Positions 34,179 through 48,627 of a stretch of 64,000 bases of DNA are shown piece by piece. The notes beneath the pieces were generated by a model. The model was not told where the DNA came from. It saw nothing but the letters and a program-made list of their open reading frames with translations, and searched no databases. The position numbers were made by a program, and so were the translations under genes. Location: NCBI RefSeq assembly GCF_009914755.1, contig NC_060938.1, one strand, 5' to 3'. Every line of letters starts with the position of its first letter. Position 1 is the first letter of the stretch. Origin of the DNA: the human T2T-CHM13v2.0 reference genome, Homo sapiens.

Positions 34179-34738
34179 CACCATGTCTGGCTAATTTTTG
34201 TATTTTTTGTAGAGACAGAGTCTCCCTGTGTTGCGCAGGCTGGTCTTGAACTCCTGGGCTCAAGCAATCCTCCCACCTCGGCCTCCAAAAGTGCTGGGAT
34301 TACAGGTGTGAGCCACTGTGCCCAGCCAATAAGGACTTCTTGAACAATTAATGAATGTATTCATCTCCACTCCCTGGCAAAGAGCTGGAGGTTAGTGAAC
34401 TTTGGTTGAAATGAGAACCGTTGACCATTTATTCACACCAACTGCTGTGCACACGTCCACACAGAGTCTCTGCAGTGGTCACAAGCTTGTCTCTCCCCTT
34501 GGTCAAAGGAAGCCAAGTGAGGACACCCAGGTCCCACGGCCCACAGGAGCACCTATGGACCCAGGTGCCTCAGCATGTGGGGGCGGGGCTTTGTGTTCTT
34601 GGCAGTGGCCAGTGGGTCAGTCGCAGTGTCTGTGTTCACAGGGGCTTCATCCTCGTCTAGGGGATCTGAAAATGTGGTGGCCCTCGTACACAATCCCCAA
34701 GTTGTCTCTGTGCTAATAAACTTGGGACAATCAGCTTG

Positions 34739-34787
<49 letters not shown>

Positions 34788-34795
34788 AAGCGTTT
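34178..34795 (-). repeat. Inverted repeat, right arm
   Basis: Reverse complement of 32795-33396; the ORF track shows the same 104-aa translation on opposite strands. Confidence 0.97.
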
Positions 34796-34804
34796 ACCCT
34801 CACA

Positions 34805-35210
<406 letters not shown>

Positions 35211-35226
35211 TTTGTTAGATCCTTTC

Positions 35227-35645
35227 TGTGATAGGCTGAATGACGCCCCCCTACAAATGTTCATGTCTTAATCCCCAGAAGCTGTAAATATCTCACTGTA
35301 CATTGCAGAGGGGTTTTCAGAGTTGTGATTAAATCAAGGGTCTTGAGATACAGAGATTATCCTGGATTATCTGAGTGGATTCAGTATGATCACAAGCATC
35401 CTTATAAGAGAAAGGCAGGAGGGTCAGAGTTGGAGAAGAAGATAGAATAACAGAAGCAGCAGAAGTTGAAGCGAGGAAGGGACCATGGAACCATGACTAC
35501 AGGCAGCCACTAGAAGCTGGAAAAGGCAAGACAATGGGTTCTCCCTTAGAGCCTTCAGAAGGAATGCTGCCCTGCCAACCCCTTGCAGACTTCTTAAGCC
35601 ACTACATTCTTGGTAATTTGTCTTGTTAGAGCAGTAATAGGATGT
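35227..35645 (+). mobile_element. MLT1C/D LTR
   Basis: tgtgataggctgaatg...gagattatcctggattatct...tagaagctggaaaaggcaag...ggtaatttgt...gcagtaatagga. Confidence 0.85.
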
Positions 35646-35929
35646 GCCTTCCAATTCCCAAACCACTGGATTCTACATAGCTCTTAACTTTTAAACCAGA
35701 CAGACCTAGGTTCAAATCCAAGCTTTGCCACCTATCAGCTGTGTGGTCTTTGAATCACTCAACCTCTTTTGGTCTTAGTTTCTTCATGTCCGTATGGCAA
35801 TAATGATATCTACCTAGGGATCCACAATTCTAGCAATATTATAGACTTGATGACCTAAAATTCATCTTGTTACAAAATACCCAGAAATGCTTAATGTAAC
35901 CTGGCAGTCTTCCAAATGTATAAACTGAC

Positions 35930-36235
35930 AGGCACAATGGCTCATGCCTGTAATTCTAGCACTTTGAGAGGCCTAGATGGGAGGAATGCTTGAGGCCAGG
36001 AGTTCAAGACCAGCCTGGGCAACATGACAGGATTCCATATCTACAAAAAATAAAAATAAAAAAATTAGCCAGGTGTGGTGGCTTACAGTTATAGTCCTAG
36101 ACACTCAGGTGGCTGAGACAGGAGGATTAGGATCACTTGAGCCTAGGAGTTCAAGGCTGCAGTGAGCTACAGTCATCCCACTGCATTCCAGCTTGGGTGA
36201 CAGAGTGAGACCCTATCTCAACAACAACAAAAAAT
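35930..36235 (+). mobile_element. AluJ
   Basis: Diverged Alu dimer. Confidence 0.9.
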
Positions 36236-36559
36236 GTATAAACAAATTTCCAAGAAAGTAAGAGAAACCCATAGGAGCTAAAAATAAAAAAGGAAAACCA
36301 GAAACAGGACCACAAAGCACAAGAGCTGTCCCTATGTTCCCCATCCTACCCCAGCCCCTGCCTAAGGACCCTGGCCCCAGGTGAGGGGAGGGCAATTGGA
36401 ACTGAGACCCCATAAATCCATAACCCCTAAAAGGCTACAACCTTAGCAAAACTGGGAAAATAAGGAAAACATCCTCTGGCTGCCACAGGTTGATGGCATG
36501 GAAACTTGCTGAGGTCTCTTTCTTTTTCCATAATATTGAGGAAGCTTGTTTGTCTAGAC

Positions 36560-36795
36560 CAGAGGTTCTCAACCAGGGGCAATTTTGCCCCACAGGGGAC
36601 ATTCGGCAATGTCCCTTAGGGGGCAGAGAGACACCTGATTGTCACAACTTAGGGGAAGGGTACTGCTGGCATCTAATGGGTAGAGGCCAAAGATGCTGCT
36701 AAACATCCTGCCATGTAGGGGGCAGCTCCTCACAACAAAGAGATGCCCAGCCCAGGATGTCAATAATGCACAAAATGTCATTGAGAAATCCTGAT
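36560..36795 (-). mobile_element. MER20
   Basis: ggttctcaaccaggggcaattttgcccc...ggcatctaatgggtagaggcca...gatgctgctaaacatcct...ttgagaaatcctg. Confidence 0.88.
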
Positions 36796-37336
36796 CCAGG
36801 CCTGGGCTCTGTGCAGGAAAATGTCTTTGGGAATTCCTAACCATGACCCCTGTCTCCCTCCCATAGGTTTGGAATTCAAATTTACTCTACTCCCGTGGTT
36901 TTGGAGCTCTAATCCAATCAACTAACAACAACAACAACAGCAAAAGGAAGTCTAGGGCCAGTTATACCTAAGGGCAAATACAATACTCCCTCTAGAGGAA
37001 CACATTTTCTATCCAATTGATGTAGGATTTCCACATGCAAAGCCTTACTGAAGATGAACTCACAATCTAAAATTACAAAACCCACAAGGAAATAATTCAC
37101 CATGAGTGAAAGTTGGCAGATATAAGAGGCAGTAAGATCAGATCCACAAGAAGTTCACATTTAAAAAGGCTATAGATACAACTGTGAATATACTAAAATC
37201 CGCTAAATTGTACTCTTTAAAAGAATGAATTTTATGGCATAGGGATTATATCTCAATAAAGTGTTTATTAAATAAAAAGGCCATAAGATGAAGACTGTAA
37301 TATACAAATGTTTAAAATTATTAAAGTCACATTATC

Positions 37337-38599
<1,263 letters not shown>

Positions 38600-38709
38600 T
38601 TAAAATAAGAAAAGTATACTTAGATTTATAGTTCATGATAAAATAATTGCGGTAATGTAATAATGAATGCTACTAAGTAGCCGACTGAATGCTTTATGTA
38701 TGACTCAAT

Positions 38710-38949
38710 CAAGCTTGTCCAACCTGTGGCCTGCGGGCCACATGTGGCCCAGCAAGGCTTTGAATGCAACCCAACATGAATTTAAACTTTCTTAAACCAT
38801 TATGAGATTTTTTGTGTGTGTGATATTTTTCTTTTCTTTTTTTTTTAGTTCATCAGCTATCCTTAGTGTTAGTGTATTTTATGTGTGGCCCAAGACAATT
38901 CTTCTTTTTCCAGTGTGGCCCAGGAAGGCCAAAAGATTGGACACCCCTG
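38710..38949 (-). mobile_element. MER30
   Basis: ttagtgttagtgtattttatgtgtggcccaagacaattcttc...aaaagattggacacccctg. Confidence 0.88.
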
Positions 38950-39182
38950 CTCTAATTCCTGGATCATGCAAGTTTGCAGCCTCTGTCCAGGCTGGCAGAT
39001 GGAGACTGGCAATGTTACAGGCTAGAGAATGAGATTAGCATCACAGCCAAGTCTGTTTGTCCCCAAGGCAGTGGGGCTACACAAATCTGAAGTGGGAAGT
39101 AAGGAACAACACACAGGCTCAACATGGGGGAACTGTTCTCTTATCATGTAAGCTTATAAGCATTATCTGGCTCAGTGGTTGC

Positions 39183-39479
39183 TTTTTTTTTTTTTTTTTG
39201 AGACAGATGCCATTCTTGCTCTGTCACCCAAGCTGAAATGCAACAGCACAATCATGGTTCACGGCAGCCTCGACCTCCCATACTCAAGCAATTCTGCCAC
39301 CTCAGCTTCCTAAATAGCTATAGCAGTGCGCCACCACACCTGGCTAATTTTTTTATTTTTGTAGAAATGGGGTGTCACTATGTTGCCCAGGCTGGTCACA
39401 AACACCTGGCCTCCAGTGATTCTCCCACCTCGGTTTCCCAAAGTGCTGGGATTACAGATTTGAGCCACTGCTCCCAGCC
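39183..39479 (-). mobile_element. AluJ
   Basis: Diverged antisense Alu. Confidence 0.9.
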
Positions 39480-39849
39480 TGCATCTTCTTATTAAGGACC
39501 GAATACTACTCAGTGTTTGGTGTCATCAGCCTATGTGGGGATTCTTCTCCTTCCTGGGCCTCAATTTCCCTAGCTAGACAATGGAAGTTAAAATAAAAAC
39601 ATGAATCTGTTTTTCTATGGGCCACAGAAGTAAGGGCTTATTTGGCTCATTGTTTGGGAGGATGAAGTTTTCTTTCTTTTTCACGCCCTTGGTCCCTGCC
39701 CATGAGTGTGAAGCAGATTCATTAATAACAAATCCCAAGCAAGGCCCTCCCCTGTGTGGGGCACAGCCAAGATCCTCATTATGCCAATTAATGGGAGTAG
39801 GAGTCAAACACTTCTGTCCACTGCATCCTGGGCTGCAGAGTTTCAATGC

Positions 39850-40745
<896 letters not shown>

Positions 40746-41096
40746 CAATGAGAAGAGATCAAAGTCTTCGAGAGAGAACATAGTAGCTAAGGACAGAGCC
40801 CCGTCTGAAGAATTCAAAGATCTGCTATCAGCCAGGACCATAGATCCAGACCTGTAGGGAGGGCAGAGGGAGAAAAAGGAAAGGGGAAGGGAGACCAAAG
40901 GAGAAGGATTTGCAGGGGCCCACCCATGGCTGATTCAGTCTACACTGAAAAACCATCTAAAGCTGGTTATTTTAGCAATAGGATTTAATGATGTGTGGCA
41001 TAAAGCACTATCTCAGAGGTAAGTGAAATTCAACCTCCTTCACCCACGAAGCAGGAAAGCTTGGGCCGTCAGGACAAGGGGTCTTATATACATGCC

Positions 41097-41240
41097 AGTG
41101 TTCCTCAAACTTCAGCATCACATGAATCACCTGGGAATGTGATTCAGCAGATCTAGGGTGTCACCCGAGATTCTGCATTTCTAACAAGCTCTCAAGGGAT
41201 GTCAATGCTGCTGGTCTAGGGACCACACTTGAGTACCAAT
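41097..41240. mobile_element. MER5A
   Basis: cagtgttcctcaaactt...gaatcacctggg...ctgcatttctaacaagctc...gggaccacacttgag. Confidence 0.85.
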
Positions 41241-41569
41241 GGCATAGGAGGTCCTGACTAATATTTATTTATTCAATAAATCAATCAGCCATTCAACAAA
41301 TATTTATTGAGCACTTACTATGTACTAGACAATGCTCTGGGTGCTAGAGATACTGAATAGAAAAAGCAAGCAGAACATAAACCATGTATGCCAAATGAAT
41401 GAATATAAGATGGAATTAATTCATTAGTGGAGGATGCTTGTCGTTTAGTACAACATAGCAATGAAAATGCAACAAAACACAGTTTCTCCAGTGGCAATTT
41501 ATCTTGCAAACCCAAACCCCAGTATCTGTTCAGGGAAGAAGAGAGCAGAAAGGAGAAGGAGAGAGGGCT

Positions 41570-41780
41570 TCCTGGGCAGCTCATCAGCTGTGTGACCTTG
41601 GACATGTTCCTTAACCTCTCTGGCCTTCAGGTTCTTCATCTATTAAAGGAGGAGGTTATTCCAACTGTAAGTTATCATCCTGAGGATTACATCAGGAAAT
41701 GTTCAAAAACCACCTGGTCCAAATGCCTGGCACATAGTAGGCATTTGATATATGGCAGCTGCCATGATTTTATTATTACT
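41570..41780 (+). mobile_element. MIR
   Basis: agctgtgtgaccttggac...cttaacctctctg...tgcctggcacatagtagg. Confidence 0.85.
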
Positions 41781-41909
41781 TACCAAAAAGTGAACGCACA
41801 GCGGCTTAGGCCTATGTCTCCCCGCATTCACCCCAACCTGGAGTTCTCCATCCCCCCATCTCCCCACCCCCCGCCTCACGGAGCCACAAGGCTACCCTGA
41901 TGAGCTGTG

Positions 41910-42350
41910 CAGCTTACTGTGAAATGCGCTGCATTTTCTCCCCAGCTGCCTCCTGATTGCAGTATTTACTTTTAATCTCCTGTGCCTCAATGCCCGATAA
42001 AAACTTTGTCACATTAGATGGTGACAGATGGGGGAGAGAAGGGGGGCATCCCTGCAAGGGAGCGTCCAGGCCACTCAACAATCCTTCACCACGCCAATTA
42101 CGTCCTTCAGTGCTCCCTGGCGTGGGCACCCATGTCAGCACAGAGGGAAATGGAAAAGCATAAATAAAGACAAAACCAGGCTCAGCGAGGCTTTAATCTG
42201 CAGAATAACATTTCTCATTTGTGTGAAATATCACTGGATTCTCTCCCTATGCTCCGGGGGCACACATGAGCGCACACGCACGCCCGGGACGGAGACTGGG
42301 GTTCCCAGCCCCGGCGGGGGAAATTAACTGTGTGCAGCGTGCCTCGGAGC
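41910..42350. promoter_or_regulatory. Candidate conserved enhancer
   Basis: Unique sequence; two TAATC, CAATTA, AATTAA, TGACAGATG, GATAA; CpG-retaining 3' part. Confidence 0.45.
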
Positions 42351-42706
42351 TGGGCTAACCTATCCCTTGTCCCTAACTGGGCTGTCAGGGACGGTTTCTT
42401 CTTCATGTTTGCAAGGTATTAAAGGGGAAGCAGGAGAAGGGAACTGACAAAAGGAGGAATGCAAATGGTTAAGAAATTATCAGGTGCACGCAAGTCAGAG
42501 GGGAGGTGGGATGCTCAGAAGTTGGTTCTGTTTTCTCAATAATAGAATAATGATTTCATAATAATGTGTGACCGGTGCTTAACACTTCAAATCTTTTTCT
42601 TTCACAGGCTTTACCTTCCTGATCCTCAACAACTCTACCCTGACATGTGTGCAGGGATTTTCCGTGTTCAAAACATGTCTATTACTGCTCTCTATGGAGG
42701 CGGAGT

Positions 42707-43450
42707 ATGTTAGTTTCCTAGGGCTGTCGTTACGAAATGTCACAAACCGAGTGACTTAAAACAACAGAAATCTGTTCTCTCATAGTTCTGGAGGCCAAAA
42801 TTCTGAATCAAGGTGAGGCAGCTGCGGCCACACTCCCTCCAGAAGCTCTAGGGGAGGATCCTTCCTTGCCTCTCCCGGCTTCCGGCAGCCCCAGGTAGAC
42901 CTGGGTTTGTGGCAGCCTAACTCCAATTTCTGCTTCTCTCGTTGCATCTGTACCCAAATTTTCTTCTTCTTACAAGGACACAGGTCAGATTGGATTTAGG
43001 ACCCACCCTAATGACCTCATCTTTTTTTTTTTTTTTTTTTTGAGATGGAGTCTGGCTCTGTCACCCAGGCTGAAGTACAGTGGCTGGATCATGGCTCACC
43101 GTAACCTTTGCCTCCCAGGTTCAAGTGATTCTCCTGCCTCAGTCTCCTGAGTAGCTGGAGTACAGGCATGTGCCATCACACCCAGCTAATTTTTGTATTT
43201 TTAGTAGAGATGGGATTTCACCATGTTGGCCAGGCTGGTCTCGAACTCCTGACCTCGAGTGGTCTCCCTGCTTCGGCCTCCCAAAGTGCTGAGATTGCAG
43301 GTGTGAGCCACCACCCCCGGCCCTAATGACCTCGTCTTAACTTTATTACATCTGCAAGGTCCCTAATTTTCAAATCAGTTCTCATTCACAGGGACCAGGA
43401 ATTGAGACTTAAACATATCTTTTTAGGGGATGCAATTCAACCCATAACAT
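42707..43450 (-). mobile_element. MLT1B/C LTR with an antisense Alu (43022-43322)
   Basis: tgttagtttcctagggctg...cttaaaacaacagaaat...caattcaacccataaca; Alu TSD ctaatgacctc(a/g)tctt. Confidence 0.88.
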
Positions 43451-44349
43451 AGAGGCACAGTGATTTAAAGTGATTTGAAAAAAGACAAGCTTGTGTTTGA
43501 GCCCCAGCCCTAGGGACAGCTGCTTTGTCTTCTGGAGTAGAGGGGGAGAGTCCTCCAGACTACACTCAACACCCCCTGACGCCATGGAGGTGGAGCTGCA
43601 GTTGGGAGGTTTTGCAGAGGAGCTTGTGTGCATGCGCAGGAGCCCACGCCAGCCTGCCCATCTCTGCACACATCTGTGTGATATCAGAGAGAAGAGCAGA
43701 GGAGAGGAGCTTGGGAAAAGGAGTCCACAAAGTCGAACGGCAGAGGCTTATAACCTGAGAGACCCAGTGATGGGAGCAGCAGAGGCAGGAGCTGAGAGCT
43801 CTTCTAGAATAGTTATAAGTCCTCTGAATGGGAAATGACCCACCCTACCAGCACCCGGTAAACTGTAGAAGCCATGGCTGACACTTGAAGTGGAATTGGA
43901 TGACAGCCAGAAGAGGAAATCAAAAACAAAATTCTAGCCATTCCTGGCTACAGACGTCACCAAAACCCTAGCAGAATGGAATTGGCAGTTAGCCCCTGAC
44001 CTTCCTAGGTTCATAGGAAACCGTGCTGGATGGAGACTGGCTCAGGGAAAAGGACAGGTGGCCACTGAGGCTTGGCCACTGAAAGGAGCAGGGAACAGGG
44101 AAGCAGAGATAGCAATAGCCTGGTGGAGGAAGCCCAAATGAGAAACCACCAGGAAGTGAAATTCTAGCAATGCCTTAGACCAGGGGAGAAGTGGAGGGGA
44201 AGGTCATGGGAGGGTACAGTGCTGGAATGACCCCCAAACTGCAAAATGAGTCCTTGAGAATGAAATAGCCCTCACAGCTGGAGGATGGGATGCCAAATAG
44301 CATTAAGGCTGCCAGATAGCCCTGCGACAAGATTAATATATCATGCAAT

Positions 44350-44815
44350 ATAAAAAAAACTGAAGTGAAATGCACATATCATAAAACTAACCATTTGAAA
44401 GTATACAAAATTCAATGGCACTTAGTATATTCACGATGTTGTGCCACCATCATCTCTATCTAGTTTCAAGTATTTTTATCACCTTCAAGGGACACCCCGT
44501 GATCATTAAGCATTCACTGTCATTACTCCCTCCCCGCCTTCCCCTGGCAACCACTAATCTGCTGTCTCTATGGATTTACCTATTCTAGATATTTCATATA
44601 AATGGAATCATGCAACAGGTGACCTTTTGTGTCTGGCTTCTGCCACCCAGCATTTTGAGGTTCATCCACACTGTAGCTCATATCAGAACTTCATTCCTTT
44701 TTATGGCTGCATAATATTCCATGGTGTGGATATACCACATTTTGTTCATCCACTTATCCATGGGAATTTCATGGGCATTTGGATTGTTTCTGCTTTCTTG
44801 GTTATCATGCAAGCA
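44350..44815 (-). mobile_element. L1MB-like 3' region
   Basis: ccctggcaaccactaatctgct...tctatggatttacctattctagatatttcatataaatggaatcat. Confidence 0.88.
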
Positions 44816-45385
44816 ATGCCATTTTGATGGGAAGTTTATTAAAGTAGCTCCTTATTCTAGCCAAGTGGGAGTTGAAAGAACTGTTCTCTTCCCATTTTCC
44901 CTCTCCCCCTCTCTATCTGCTCTCATTCAATCGTACATCCAACATATATTTCTAAGAGCCAATTGTGTGCCAAGCCCTGGCTCTGTTAGAGAGGTGGCTG
45001 CAGGGGCCTGGACAGCACCGCTAATTCCAACTACACATCCCAGGAGATCATAGGGCAGTCCCAAACTATAGACTATAATCAAGCCTCTGGAGGCAGCTCC
45101 CCATTTGTCCTTCAGACCAGAAGAGAGAATGGCTGGTATCTGGATTGGGCCTCAGAGGGCACAGAACCCTGGGGAACTTCCAAAGGCCTGGTTGCTAACA
45201 CTCAGGCCTCTCCAGTGAGGATAGAGTGCCTGTGCCCCAAGAGACTCCCCAGAGCCCCTTGGCCCTGAGCATTCATGGGAACAAGGCTTTCACTTATTCT
45301 GAGTCTGGAAGGGGGTGAGGCAATGGAGGGAACCTCAGATTAGGCTTCTCTTTGTTCTCCGTAATCTGGGTGTCCACATGGGCTA

Positions 45386-45431
45386 AGAGAGAGAGAGAAA
45401 GAGAGAACGAGAGAGAGAGAGAGAGAGAGAG
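45386..45431. repeat. (GA)n microsatellite
   Basis: Read directly from the sequence. Confidence 0.93.
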
Positions 45432-45810
45432 CGAGCACATGAGTGGGCCTGACTGTTTAGCAGGTTCACCAGACCCCAAGTGAAAGGGTGAACTGAAAAA
45501 AGTTGAGGTGATTAATTCACTATAGTTTTATGTTTAACAAACCTATCCATGGTTTATTCTCATATGGGTTTAGGTCTTCTCCAATAATCCTCTTCTTGCC
45601 CTGATAAAGTCCTGAGTTAAAATCCACCTTCAGGGTTGGTATTTGAGTCTACATTTGTGGAGTTCAGATTAAGATTCCAGATAAACAACACCCATGCAAT
45701 GTTTCTCAAAATGCGACCCGCAGGATGTGCAAAACAAGAAACTGGAGTACTTGTACTTATTAAAAGTCAGATTCCTGGGCCTCTCATTAGAACAGGGCCC
45801 CTTTCTCGTC

Positions 45811-45950
45811 TTTTTTTTTTTCTTCCTTTTTGTGGAGAACGGGGTCTCTCTATATTGCCCAGGCAGGTCTAGAACTCCTGGGCTCAAGCTATCCTCCCGC
45901 CTCTGCCTCCCTGAGAGCTGGGATTACAGGCGTGAGCCACTGCACCTGGC
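45811..45950 (-). mobile_element. FLAM/Alu monomer within a MER5-like fragment
   Basis: TSD ggccc(c/t)tttctc. Confidence 0.85.
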
Positions 45951-46419
45951 CAGGCCCTTTTCTCAATGGTCCTCTCCCCACCAAAGTCCAAGAACTGAGT
46001 CTCATCAGTTCCAGTTTCCGGGATTGAGTTGTGTGCCACCCCTGAATCCATCACTGTGGCCAGAGGCGGGACAGGGGTGCAATGCTTTGTCAGCCAAGCC
46101 AAATGAAGAGCTAAGGAGGGCATTTCCCAAGGAGAATCTGGGTGTTGCTAGCGGAGAAAGGGGAGAGTAGACGCTACAGCTGGGGACAAAAATAACAGAG
46201 GTCAGCTCCAGTTCATGACACTGTCACAGGGGAGCTGCAGGAGCTGCATTTTTTCATTTGTCCATCAGCAAATGTTTATGGTGCTTTCTTCATGCCAGGC
46301 TCTGGGGAGTTCTTCATATATGTGAAGAGCCATCATGGGAAACTTCAATGCACTTGTGTATGTACGTGAGTGTGTAAGTCTGTGCGTCCCCAAGGAAGAA
46401 CTAGAACAAATGATTCAAA

Positions 46420-46615
46420 GTTATGGGAGATGAATTTTGAACCCACAAGGGGAGTCTTTTCCAACAATGATATCCGACCAATATCGGATAGGCTGTGTCC
46501 TGAGCAGTGAGCTCCTCATACCAGAAGTCCTCAAGCAGAGGCTGGAAAATGGCCATAAATCAGGCTTACTGCAGAGGGGTTTCTGTATCAGGTAAAAGGG
46601 GCTGGAATAGACGAG
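46420..46615 (+). mobile_element. L3/CR1 3' fragment
   Basis: gtgagctcc...tcaagcagaggctgga...tgcagagggg...ctgga..agacg resembles the CR1 3' end. Confidence 0.6.
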
Positions 46616-46634
46616 GGGCCGACAATCGTACTCA

Positions 46635-47430
46635 ACAACTGCTGTAACAAGTGACCATGAACTCAGTGGCTTCCAATGGCACAGGTTATTACCTTATAGT
46701 TCTGTAAATTAGAAATGCATCATCAGACCCAGCATGGTGGCTCACACCTGTAATCCCAGCACTTTGGGAGGCCGAGGCGGATATATCACTTGAGGCCAGA
46801 AGTTTGAGACCAATATGGTAAAACCCCGTCTCTACTGAAAATACAAAAATTAGCCGGACATGGTGGCGCACGCCTGTGATCCCAGCTACTCAGAAGGCTG
46901 AGGCACGAGAATCACTTGAACCCAGGAGGCAGAGGTTGCAGTGAGCCAAGATCATGCCACTGCACTCCAGCCTGGGCAACAGAGCGAGACTCCATCTCAA
47001 AAAAAAAAAAAAAAAAGGAAAAAGAAATGCAACATCAGGTTCACAGGACTAAAATCAAGGTGTGGCAGGGCTGTGGTCCTTTGTGGAAGCTCGCAGGGAG
47101 AATCCATTTTCTTTCCTTTTCCAGCTTATAGGGGCCACCCCGTTTTGTGGCGTGTGGATCTTTTCTCCACCTTCGAAGCCAGCAGTGGTGGGTCTAGTTC
47201 TTCTCATATCATATCATTCTGACCTCTTCTGCCTCCCTCTTTCGCATTCATGATTATATCAGGCCCACCCAGATGACCCAAGACAATCTTCCTATTTGAA
47301 GGTCGGCTGACTGACATTCTTAATTCCATCTGCAACCTTAATTCCCTTTTTTCATATAACATAACATATTCCCAGGTTCAGGGGATTAGGACATGAACAT
47401 CTTCAGGCACCCTTAGCCTGCCTACCACAG
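46635..47430 (-). mobile_element. MLT1D-like LTR with a sense Alu (46726-47025)
   Basis: ctgctgtaacaa...ctaaaatcaaggtgtggcagggctg...aaccttaattccc...ctgcctaccaca; Alu TSD agaaatgca(t/a)catcag. Confidence 0.85.
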
Positions 47431-47599
47431 GACCTCAATATCCCTTGCCAGCCAGAGATTCAGCGGTCCTGTGATTGATTGGATCACTGGGTCTTTTCAA
47501 GTAGGGCAGAGACTCGGTCGGGCACAATTGGGCACAAGAGTAACACTTGTCAGATGCCCCCAACAGCACAACATGTGTGACTGTTTGCTTCCAAACCAG

Positions 47600-47770
47600 A
47601 AGGCAGGTCACACAGTAATTACCTCTTTGTCTATTAGCAGCAATTACACTCAAGTCAATAGGAGGTCTAGAATTACTGTGGACTCAACCTCTATCTCAGG
47701 AAATTCTATTAAGTGTCTGTGTAACTAAGAAGTCATTACAGAGCACTTGAAATTATAGTGTCACCTGCCT
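47600..47770. promoter_or_regulatory. Candidate enhancer with an NKX-type motif cluster
   Basis: CACTCAA (47647), TTAAGTG (47709), CACTTGA (47744), several TAATTA/CAATTA, CTTTGT. Confidence 0.4.
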
Positions 47771-48413
47771 TAGAAAAATCCCTGCCTCTCCCAGAGAGGA
47801 GAGAATGGGTTGGAGCAGCAGGTAGATGGTTAATTCTCACAGCAGGTCCTTAAATTCTCACAGCAGGTCAAGGGCCCCATGAAAGTTGGAGCACTCTGAA
47901 ACTTGGCAGGACCCAAAAGTGGGTGCTAAGCGATAATAATAGTGACTATTTATTGCTGCTTCCTGGGTGACAGGCATGGAACTGGGGCTTTACACACTCC
48001 AGAGCCAAGTTCCTGAGTGATGCTCACGCCTTCAGGCCTTCCCAGGCTAAGAGGAGGCAGTGGACCCTCATGCTGTATTCCTGTTTCAAGGACAGAGGGG
48101 CTGAAGGCTCCTGGGATGGGGCTAAGAGATCCAAGCAGAGGCTAGAAAAGGAGCTTAGGTCTCAACCTGCCAGAACCATCCCAAGCCAGCCTCACGTCCT
48201 TGGCAAAGGCATGGGATGAGAAACAACACTGAGCAAGGAAACTGCAAGAAAGAAGCTTGGTTTTCTAAAGCATGAAGTCTGTAACAGGAAGATGAGGCTG
48301 GCTGGGTGGGCTGAAGCCTGGCCTATGTTCCTTGTTGAACAGGGTACTGTTGAAGAGGTGGATTGTAACATGGTTGGAGCTTTTAGACAGATCCTTCTGT
48401 TGACTGTGCAGAC

Positions 48414-48627
48414 CAGGGGTCCCCAAACTTTTTCTGTAAAGGGCTAGGTAACACATATTTTAGGCTTTGCCCGCCATATGCTCTCTGTTACACTACTGAA
48501 CTCTCCTGTTGCAGCACCCCTAGGCAATATGTAGCCAAATGAGTATGGCTGTGTTCCAATAAAACTTTATTTACAAAAACAGACTGTGGGCCAGATTTTC
48601 CCACAGGCTGTGGTTTGCCAACCTCTG
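48414..48627 (+). mobile_element. MER58A
   Basis: caggggtccccaaactttttctgtaaaggg...ggctgtgttccaataaaactttatttacaaaaacag...gtttgccaacctctg. Confidence 0.9.

Noticed and set aside
32858-34716. Identical 104-aa ORFs on opposite strands, suggesting a duplicated gene
   Set aside because: A by-product of the inverted repeat; non-ATG start, no recognisable domain, no exon structure.
36710-36728. CTCF-like TAGGGGGCAGC in MER20
   Set aside because: The 5' half of the core motif matches poorly; cannot be supported without ChIP data.
45008-45022. REST half-site GGACAGCACC
   Set aside because: The left half (TCAGCACC) is absent at the required spacing.
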